Below are positions 13,991-24,756 of a stretch of 64,000 nt of DNA, one piece after another. The stretch is from Antedon mediterranea. Lineage: Eukaryota; Animalia; Echinodermata. The notes under the pieces were generated by a model that saw only the letters and a program-made list of their open reading frames with translations, did not search any database and had not been told where the DNA came from. The position numbers and the translations under genes are program-made. The DNA is taken from assembly GCF_964355755.1 (NCBI RefSeq), contig NC_092671.1:33180304-33244303 (forward strand), given 5' to 3'. How positions within the stretch are numbered: the first letter of the stretch is position 1; every line of letters begins with the position of its first letter.

Positions 13991-14940
13991 CTCGAATGGG
14001 CCTACAGGTTATATTCCTTATAGGCCATTTGACTAACGATTATTATCTATAGTATTAATATAAACCAAAATAGGTCGTGTTGACGTAGGCTGCAGATATG
14101 TTGTAAAATATTTTATTTAAATAGTTTTTCCTTCTACAAAAACATTTACGCATAGTGCGTTTTGGGGTACAGGAATTATACACAACTGGCACAAATTTAA
14201 AGTAGATTTTATTATATAGTTCCGCAAGCACATATATTTTATATCGATCTATCAATAGGCCTATCTATAAAATTATCATTTTTAGAACTTGTGAGAATGG
14301 ACAGTTTAAATGACCAATCATTGAAGAGGAATTGAGATAATTTACGATACGTATTATTACTTAATCAATGATGTAACAGTGTTGTAAAAAGTGCATTTTA
14401 ATGATATGCACGGGTTAAACGATGGGTCAGACCGGTCAGGCCTAACATACATCTATACATTCCAAATCAGCAGCAAACCGCTGTGTGAACCTACTATAAT
14501 TACTACAAAATGACCTTCCACCCTTGGATATTTAATTGTATAATTGTTATATTCTATATAAAGCATAATATATTACAACAACGGTGCACGGCTGTGCGTG
14601 ACAAACGGGTGTACTTTAGACAGATAATCCATTCTTTTCTCTGTAAGAATATAGGAGGATACTTGAAATCTTGTAAAATCAGAAAAGGTGTTGATACTCA
14701 TTATTTAAATTGTTTGTCTTAATGATTTAGTGACAGCTATTTCATTTTCGGACACCGCTGCGCATTTGTTCATTCGTGATTGTATTACGATTTAACATGC
14801 GCAGCTTACTAAAGTCAAGGTAAACAGTAAATAAAGCTATAAACTACCACATGAAATAAATCGTAAAGTATCTTGTAGGAATCATGGCGGTATGCGCCTA
14901 ATTGTGTTTTTTGGAAATCACAATTATCACAATTACAATT

Positions 14941-16199
14941 GTTTTAGACAATTTCATTGAAAACATTGCGTCAAACGTCAATGTAAATGACCAACATAAG
15001 AATTTATGTAATCCATTGTGGTTACATTAGCTCTAGAAGTTAAGTGAATGTACAAATCAATTCTTAAATTTAATTGAGTTGTTATAGTAGAAACACTCGT
15101 TATCTGAAGGCTATAACGGTGTAATCAGATTTAATAATGTTGTTCAATAATAAAATACGATTGTTTTTATTCAAGCATTTGTCTAATTGTGTTTTTGGAA
15201 ATCACAATTTAAAAGCCATATTTTCAATTATTTTAAACGGCTGATATAGGCCTATGTAACAGTAGATATGTTTTTCAAAAGCAAAAGCAATGTGTCGACA
15301 ATTATCTGTAATTTATCTACAGTATATACTTGTACAACATCCTATGATACAGTATCACATATGTATCACACATGAAGCCGGTATCATAGGCCACAAGCCC
15401 AACCTACATGTAGTACCTGTGACAGTGTCACAGATAATACAGAGAATCGGGTGCAACGATAATTAATCAGTAGGCCTAGGCCTATTCAAGTATTGAAAAG
15501 TTCTATAATAATATTTCCTGCGTATTTCTTGAATTATATTATATATATATAGTACATATTCCGTATATAGTAGTGAAGTATGTATCATCCAATCCATTGG
15601 TCCAAATTGGTCGTTGAACATGCGCAGTACTTTGCGCATTGGGGTATATATTTGATTAAAGCCCGAGGAGCGTACACTCAGTCGAGTTATTCAACTAATC
15701 TCACTTTTGATTACGCCTGTTGAGGAGGAGTAGTTGTTTTTAGCTGTAGCCGTGTTATAGCCTGCTGTCTTAATCGGTTAGTAAGGCGCTTACGTATACG
15801 CGCAGTAATTTCAGAGAACCAAGCTTTTATTGACGTTTTGCAGCAAACATTCTGAATGTCAAATCTGTTAGCGTAGATGATTTTAAAAATAGTATTTAGG
15901 CTGTGTAATATGAAGATTGTGTTACTGATATTGATGAGGTAAGGTCTCGATTGTGTCTGTTTTAGACAATTTATTGAACAAACATTGCGTCAAACGTCGA
16001 CGTAAATTACCAACATAACAATTTATGTAATCCATTGTGGTTACCTCAACATTAGCTCTAGAAGTTAAGTGAATGTACAAATCAATTATTAAATTTAATT
16101 GAGTTGTTATAGTAGAAACACTCGTTATCTGAAGGCTATAACGGTGTAATTAGATTTAATAATGTTGTTCAATAATAAAATACGAATGGTTTTATTCAA
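14941..16199. repeat. ~235-bp dispersed direct repeat (14941-15174 and 15959-16199)
   Basis: GTTTTAGACAATTT..AAACATTGCGTCAAACGTC..GCTCTAGAAGTTAAGTGAATGTACAAATC..TTTATTCAA is present twice with scattered substitutions and small indels. Confidence 0.9.
15589..15944 (+). promoter_or_regulatory. Candidate Pol II promoter plus non-coding first exon
   Basis: CCAAT at 15589 and ATTGG at 15596/15607/15638; TATATA at 15645; Inr-like TCAGT at 15678 (~33 bp downstream); donor GAG|GTAAGG at 15938/15939. Confidence 0.4.
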
Positions 16200-18479
16200 C
16201 TATTTGCCGCGATGGTATGCGGAGGGCCAACGGGGACCACAAGGGCAAGTGCCTTGGTTTGGTTCGTGAGTAACTTTCTTCCCCCTCCAACAAGGACTCG
16301 CTGGGAATACCAATGACCTTACCAAAGACATTTTATACGCTTTTATGATTTTGTTTTTGGTTTATTCACCGGACTAACTAATCATCTTTAACCGAATTTA
16401 TTATGATAGCTATTAAATGTTATTAGCTAATTCTGTGATATTTCTTTATGGTATTTTTTGTCATTGTCATTACGAAAAGAGAGCGTAGCAAGTCTTATAG
16501 CATTACTAAAACTGATACCAATCTGTATTCACATACTAATGGTGCATGGAGGAATGAACTAAAGCGAAGGCCTAAACAATTTGAAATTAAGTGGTGAACG
16601 TAACCTAGCCTATCGTTTGCATTGAGATTTTCGAAATTTAGGCCAGGTGTCGGATGTTACTCGCCTGAAAGGTGTACATCAAGATTGCCTTACGACACCC
16701 AGTGGTTCAAAATTGTATAATATTGTATAAGAATATTATAAAAATGTTTAAATTTATGTTTGTAAATGTAAAGGCTTTTTAAAAACCAATATGATTACGT
16801 CATGTTCCAAATTTGATAAGGTTTTTATATTATATTCGAGTTTTTTCGAGAGCTTGTTTCTATTATCCGTGTTCCGGTTTCTATTTTGTTTGTTCATATC
16901 GTTGGGTTTTCATTCTGAAAGAAATAAGTAATTGTTTTGCCCTTAAAGAAGTATTTTTCATCAAAACTAAAGAAAAAAATTAAATGTTATTGACCTTTCC
17001 CCCATCAACATGAACAAAACAGATTAAGATTTATCAGGTAAATATCTTTAGTTCGATCCATTTCTTGTTCAAACTATGGCAAGGTTTGTATTCAACAAAA
17101 AATATTTTCAATTATTTTTTTAGGAAATAATATATCTTTAATTAGCCAAAGAAGCATGATTTTAAAGTTCCAATTTATTACAATAATTGAATTGAATAAC
17201 ATTAGAATATTAAGATAACCAGCCTTAGGGTCGTGATGGATTACAAACTTATTATTCAGTATGAAAACATTTTTCTAAAAGTTATTACGGTATTATCAAT
17301 TAGAACATAGAAGCTATTAGAAGCTTAAAATGTAGGACTGCTCTAGTTTTGGGGTCATGTCACATGACTTGGATTTACCAACCGGATTAACCATAGTATC
17401 GTAAAGAAAAGATAATTTTAAAAACAATTTAATGTCTACTAAAATATTTAACAATGTATCAACATGGTTTCGTTCATTCTCAACATTCGTAATTTCAATT
17501 ATTTTGTATTCGTTGAAGGAATTCAACAACAAATATTGGTTTGGATCATCGATTACAACAGATCATTATAGGTTGATTTATGGCATATTACCTCAAGCTA
17601 TTTCGAAGCTATATTCAATGACGTACAGAAACCATTTTTACAAACCTGTAAGTGTGCAGCTAGTTAAGGCTTGCCTATATGACGTGATGTTCCTCGTTGT
17701 ATCTCGGATTATGTCCCTATTACTAGTATTACATAGACATTATCATTAAAGTACCGGTATTCCCTCAAACTTGTCGTCCCTAATTTACCGTAATATTCTT
17801 TTACAGCAAGTTTAGGGTTAATTTTAGATTGTTGACCGTTTCAGGTCGACACATTTTGTGCCTGTGACGTAAATTGGATTGATTCTTTAGAAAGCAGGCG
17901 TTTTTCCATTTTTTAGAGATAATTGTTTTTGTCAAGCATATGTAAGCACACTGTACTGTATGTTCATTTTCCGATCAAAATAATCGTGCTTTTGTATTGT
18001 GAAATGAACAGAACTGACTGGTCACTGTACTGTATCTCACAAACGGCATTATTGTCAAGTACCATTAGGCAAAATTATGTAATACAATGTCTCACAAATG
18101 TTATCGTTAGGATGATAGCCTATGAAACAGGCGTCACATGTGATACATACTGTATCTGACCCGGGATTGTCTGTAATAACTGAACTAATTATAGACGGTT
18201 AGGATACATTACCGATAATCATGTAACTAGGAATTCCCTAGTAGATCATTTAATAATATCACGTAATGATAATTGTATTTGCTTATTGTACGACATGTTA
18301 CCTAGATGAGTACATTTGTTTTATTTGTGTTTGATTTACGTTGACGAGAAGAAAGTTATTCTAGATACTGTCTTTTAAAACATCCTTTTGATTAATTTAA
18401 TCCCGTCCTACCTTCGGAACAAATTAAATGGTTACATAAACCCCAAACCACTTAACTATAGTTAAATCTACAATGTTTT

Positions 18480-18621
18480 GAGCGGTAATAACACTATCGG
18501 CATGGGTTTTGACTCACTTGCTCATTGATTCTTGTGGCGGAACATTCTTCTTGAAGAACCGTAGGACCAGTGTACACAACATTCTCTTGTTCATCCAGTT
18601 CATCATTCGAAACGAGTAGGG
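18480..18621 (+). mobile_element. Degenerate Nin/Deu-domain SINE fragment
   Basis: ATCGGCATGGGTTTTGACTC..ACCGTAGGACCAGTGTACAC..CCAGTTCATCATTCGAAACGAGTAGGG resembles the reverse complement of 31580-31730. Confidence 0.6.
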
Positions 18622-20685
18622 AACTAGTTCGCAAGAAATTCAATGTGTTAAGGCAATCATTGGTCAAATAAACAGTTAACTTGACTAAATCAGTAAAGTA
18701 TTAGTAATATTTTATAGAGAGTATAAATATTACTTTACAATTACACAAATGAATAATAGCTAGAAATGTAAATGAAAGATCAAACAATTTCTGCACCCTT
18801 ACATTAGATGAATCAAACAGTACAGTCAAACGTATAGTATTAACATTATCAGAAATTTAAGAAAGTACTTTGATATTAAACAGTTTTTGTACATTTTTAT
18901 CTTTTTTAGACCGTAAAAAGAAAATAAATCAATTTAAAGCCATGCTATTAAATGATAAATAACAAAAATAGATCAAATAACGACAATTCCTGTTAGTATT
19001 TATAAAAACATGACACCGAAAACGAAATATTATATTTTCTTCATGTTTAATCCCAAATAAAATATCATTCAGTGTTTTAATGATAGAAACTTACCAGGAA
19101 TCTGGCATTTTGAAACATTTATTACGGCGTTGGTATTATAAATCCTCCCTGATATCGCATAAATGTGAGAAAAAAAAGTAATTGCACAACGTCAAATGGT
19201 TTATATGAGTTATCGGTTACTTATCTCTGTTTTTTAAACGCTTAATTCAATTCCTATCTGTTATTTGTAGATTATAGGATTGTTTGAACATGTTGTTTTG
19301 GTTTCCATCTAATTTACATAGGCATTTTGTTGTGTTGGTCAACATTAGGACTTAGTAGTAGGACTTAGTAGTAGAGTAAATCTCTAGCTATAGGAATCCA
19401 TCAAACGGATAATACTGTAAGACGAAATAAATGAATGAATAATAAGAACACATTTAATTATATAATACGAAGGGACTATAAATACCATATGAATAACAAT
19501 ATATAAAATCAATAACCTATAAAATGCTGTAACACAGCATACATTATTAATTTCAGCATATTTTAATACAGTATTACTATTGCATTAAGTCTGCATAGAA
19601 TGTTAGAAAATAAGACAATTAAAATTCATAAAATAGTTTTTTTTATATACAGTATAAAACTTTTACATAAAACCCAGCAACACTATCTGGTTCTAATGAG
19701 GAGTTATATGGAAAAGAAAAACGGAAAAATTATACGCACAAAAGGCCAACAAAAAGTTATTAATAATCATTTAGTACTGGGTTTTCTATTGATTGGTGGA
19801 TTTTATACCTTATTAATTTATCAACAGCACAATGAAAGAAAAGGCTGTTAATATAAAGTCAAATCGGTTTTCCTAAATTGATAGTATTGCTATTTTTTTT
19901 TAAAGATGTATTGTCTAACAAAACATGGAAAATGAGGATGAATAATATCAGACTCATCCGAAAAATAAAGTTTTCACTTATAAAATGACAAAATACTAAC
20001 GGTTAAATCCAACCAAAACCCTTTTGGCTGACAGCCAATTTGACTGTTTTTCGCTTTAAAGGCCAGGTGCGGGCACAAAATTTCTATTGATCATACATTC
20101 CAATAATTATCGATCTATAGTTTCCCCTATGTTTCATAATTTTTGGGATTTTATTTGTGTTACACAAGCTTTTTGAAAATTAGCACTTTCTTATCAGTGG
20201 GGGGATAGTTCAAATTACACAGTAAAATCTCTATTCTTTTGTACACAAATTTTGAAAATAGAGAGGCATTTTAAAAAGCTATGAAAAATAAACGGTGTGG
20301 TAAAAAATGTTATCAGATGACTAAATATAGGTAACATAACTTGAATTTTACATTTCTGGTATTTTTATTCAACTTTTAGAATTTTATTTTCATGCTATAG
20401 CAAAAATTATCCACCGTATATCCACTATCTTTTTTCACCTTCTAGGGAGTCACCAGACATGTTATTACATTATGTTAACTACCTAACTACTGAAAAAAAG
20501 TCTTCCTAGTTTTTTTGGCAGAATTTTGCAAAATTTTGTATTTGACCATATTAGGGGAAATTCATGTTTTTTCGTCTTGATTTCTGTTACAAATATTAGA
20601 TTTATGTACAATTAACCAGATATTGTGTTTAAAATTCATGCCTGTACCTGAGCTTTAATTACAGTTTTTGCAGGTAAATATTTTT

Positions 20686-21473
20686 AATCGCGTGGACGCG
20701 ACTCTATAGTTCACTATGTCGGTCGGTCTGTCGGTCTGTCTGTCGGTCTGTCGCTCTGTCTGTCGGTCCGGTATCACTATGCGTTTTATTGCTTTTCTGT
20801 ACTTTTTGAACTGTCAACATGTGGGCATTTACGTGAAATTGTGGACATCCTATTGTGAATGCCGTTAGAGTTGCGCAACGTGATTTACGCGCGATTTAAC
20901 GATTTTCTCGTATTTAACATAGGTCAAAAACCAAATAACATTTTAAATTGAAACTTTGCAAAAGTTTAATTTATATCAGGCGCTAACTTTCTGTTGAAAA
21001 AAAAATGTGTGTTTTATACAAAGTTACGCGCGCGCGCATTTAACATTTTAAAATGCGCAAAATAATTTTTAATCAACTTTCTACGCGTTTCTTGTCATTT
21101 TGAGCATGTAAAAAATTCCCATACGCGCGCAAATGTTTACGCGCGCTGCGCACGTAGCGTTAAATACATACTTTTTTCTCGTGATTTATGTTTTTGGAGC
21201 CTTTTCTAATAATTTTACCAACTTTTAAACAATTTCGACTTAAAATTACGTCATACGAGCACGTCGAATTGGATAATTTGCGCACGCTTTTGATGAAAGA
21301 GTTAAAAAATTTGTCAAAATTATGCCTTCTTAGTCGCGTGGACGCGACTCTATAGTTCACTATGCCGGTCGGTCGGTCTGTCGGTCGGTCTGTCTGTCGG
21401 TCTGTCGGTCTGTCTGTCGGTCCGGTATCACTATGCATTGTAGCACGCGACTTAATGGCTGTTGGCCTTGTTT
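20686..21473 (+). mobile_element. Non-autonomous Helentron-associated (HINE/DINE-like) element with two 5' modules
   Basis: 5' palindrome AGTCGCGT-GG-ACGCGACT plus (GTCG/GTCT)n at 20686 and again at 21332. 3' subterminal inverted copy CACGCGACT (21444), then GGCTGTTGGCC hairpin and TTGTTT; T-rich flanks. Confidence 0.75.
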
Positions 21474-23784
21474 ATTATGCTATTATGTGTGTAAAATGTA
21501 TCCAAAAAGGGGGACAATATATTTTTTAATAATATTATATTGCTTGGACTGTCTTAAGCAAAATGATTGACTTAAGGCAAAGTTTTTTTTTGCTAAGCAA
21601 TTAAAAAAAATCTGCAGCCATATATTTACCGAGATTATGGGATTTAAGTACCTGTAAACATACAGTAGATATATCTCCAAGCTACAATTATTTATTTAAG
21701 TCTTACACACAACTACTGTTCTTCTAGACGTAATACATACATATACAATTCCCTGACATTTGTATAATATCTCAAAATAATATTAACCAAATTAAATTTG
21801 GCTTATTTGGTCCAATAGATTTTCCCATTGGGATAGAATGACATTTCGATTTAGTTTAGATTTGTTTGCCTGTTTTGTTCTGTGTGGCATAATATTTAAA
21901 TTTATTTCATGTATTCCCAATGTTTAATCTAACACATTTTAGCCCCTTCTTTTGTTTTATCCAAGGGCCACACGCGGCATACATCCATATCTGTTATGTA
22001 TTATGTTATGTCTCATATCAACTGTTTTTATACTTATTATTTGGGCTTCTGCTCTATATTTAATATATTTGTCACTATTTGGTCCCGTATGTTCAATCTT
22101 TCCTCTCATTCAACTTAAAAGAACCAACATCTTTATACATATACATAATATTTGTTTATTATTCCAATCTCCGTTTTGTTTCACTGGTTTGTTAGTTTCA
22201 CCAGGGAAGAGTACATGTCCACTATTCATTGCCACGTGTTCTAAAAAGTGCATTGCTTTCCAATTGTATTTGTATTTTAGTCAGCGATCCATGAATTCCC
22301 ATAGTATTTGGAGAAAAAAACCCGTGTATTATTGTTGTTATTATTGTAATGCTATTGTTTTTATTTTTGCGATGCGGACAAAACCTTGGTGCAATAAAAT
22401 GGTGATAACAAGATTCGCCTTTGATACAAATCATCAACTGCTTTTTTTATGATAAATTGTTTTGATCAAGTTTTAAAATAAACAATGCAAACACGGTTTT
22501 CCTATGATTAGATAGAAAGAAATCAAAATAATTTAATTTTATTGACATTTGGACCCTGTGAGATTTCTTTATTGCAAGAACAGTTGTTGAGTTCTGGTAT
22601 GTATAATATATTTAAAGGATCTAGCTGAATGCGCACAAAAAGGTTAATTATTGTACACAGAGTAATGGCGATAACTCAAATTATTTTACTCAATTATCTG
22701 TGCGATAATTCGAACTGCAGGTTGACACACCAGACATATCTAACATATAAATACAAATTATTATTATTTTATATATGTTTGTTGGTTATACCAATTTAAT
22801 ACATGAATATTCATGACAATCAATAATTCATACATTTATACGCAATCGTTTGATTATCTTTAATGCAGTTGTATCAGCATCTCATTAATTGGGAACCTCG
22901 AAAAGAACCCCCCTCTGTGGTTTGTAAAAGTAGGCCTAATCTAGAAAAGAAGCCCATCATAAAATACACATAAGAGACCAAAACAAAGAAGATATTCCGA
23001 GGTTTTACGATATTGCATTATTAAATTTAGGCCTAAACATTTCGTGACAGGTTTGCTGTACACACAATGACTACACTAATTACCATATGTAAATTATTTT
23101 ATTTAGGGCCTACGTTAAGTTGAAACACTTTTAGTCAGAAACATGTCCATAACCATCAAACATTTTTTTAATATGTTGTAAATTTACGACTATTAGTTTA
23201 GGTAATTAGAGATTTTAGTTTCAGTGATTTACCGTTACATTTACTAACCTTACTACGTACGACGAATTTTCCAAATTGAGGTTTATCGGAAATATATATC
23301 AACTTTTGATATTTGTTATTGCGCTGTCGCACTTTAATACTTTAGAGAGCATTTATATCCCAACGTATGCCACATTTATTGGATATCCTGGATAAAAAGA
23401 GGTGTGACGTAGTAATACATGAGTTCAGTTACTTTCTATTGGAAATAGCGACCCACGTTTTCGACACTCACATTACCGGGTATAGAAACAATTTGTTTGT
23501 ATGTGGTGGAGTACAAAGTGCCAAAACTTTAAAATTGCATACATTTAAAATCCCTTGTACAATTCTAATGTAACTCTGAACATATTTAAATGTGTAGTAA
23601 CTTAAAACATGAATAAAGAGTATCGCAAACACTGGGCCTAAACTAATACGCTAGGAATGATTATAAACTAAGTTTTCTATGTAAAAACAAAGGAAATAAG
23701 TCCTATCAACGGTGTGTTATGATTTTATACCCAACTCAATTATTGTAGGCTAAACGTTTTTTTTTTTTGCCATTTCCCTTTAAA

Positions 23785-23889
23785 CAACTCTACAGCTTAC
23801 TATGTCGGTCGGTTGGTCAGTCGGTCGTTCGGTTGGTCGGTAAACATTAACTTGAGCACTTGACTGTAGCCATGGTATATGGCCTTGTT
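23785..23889 (+). mobile_element. Short HINE-like element, related subfamily
   Basis: ACTCTACAGCTTACTATGTCGGTCGG..(GGTC)n..GAGCAC..GCCATGGTATATGGCCTTGTT; same architecture as 21332-21473 and 48480-48558. Confidence 0.65.
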
Positions 23890-24756
23890 GTTTTCAATCA
23901 TTGTTACTCTATAGTAACGTCCTCTTCATCAAAGTGCAATGCAAAACAATACAATACATACTTAGATATAGATATATTATAGATAGTTAAAATCGCATTC
24001 TGGACCACCATGTAACCTTGAAACTCACACATCGGTAACTTTTTCGTATCACTTTACATAAATTATTTTATTTTGTACTATCTGGATTCAGGTCAGTTGT
24101 AATTGTACATTTCATCTTCCCGAAGGGTCTCTTCATATCTTTCAGCTGTCACCAAACGGCACTCATTCGTCTGTCCACAACGATAGGTGCTGAGATGGAG
24201 GACCAAAGGTAAACCCTACTTTTTCGAACTATGTAATTTGCAGTATATTTTATTTATTTACACAATTTTGTTGTTCAATCAATTGTTTGTATGTTCAATA
24301 GTACCAAAAAAAGCGGGTGCTTTTCAATTTGGAAAGCATTTACATACACACGGACCAGAAACATCCAGAAACTAAATACTGTATGTACATTATAAAATTG
24401 GTAACATCAATTATGTGTCAACCACGACCTGCGGGGAAAGAGGTGGAGTGGAATTCCCTATTACTTTAATGACTTTAAAGCGCACATAACACCTCACCAC
24501 AGGAGAGGTTTAAACACAGGAGGAACAATGTTCGAAGGCACTAACCAATCATAAGACATGCATCAGCTTCTTCTAATATTTGCACACGAAAAATTGGACA
24601 TTGGACCTTCTGATTTAAATCATCATCGATTCTTATGCAAGAACATAATATTCTACCAACAGAAAAATGACAAAGAACAGATTTCAAGTCTGCTACCAAT
24701 TTTAGTGATATAGATTCCCCCCCCCCCCTCCCACCTTTGAATTAACCCTAAACCAC

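Noticed and set aside
13561-14052. 163-aa and 109-aa repetitive ORFs
   Set aside because: By-products of the 48-bp SINE-derived minisatellite; no splice or homology support.
21160-21438. ORF with PTDRQTDR repeats
   Set aside because: Translation of the (GACC/GACA)n microsatellite in the HINE element.
21952-22452. 166-aa hydrophobic ORF
   Set aside because: TTG start, low-complexity T-rich composition, no recognisable motif or splice context.
24146-24208. Possible small exon (CTTTCAG...AAG|GTAAAC)
   Set aside because: Splice-like signals are common in AT-rich DNA; no coding homology or partner exon.
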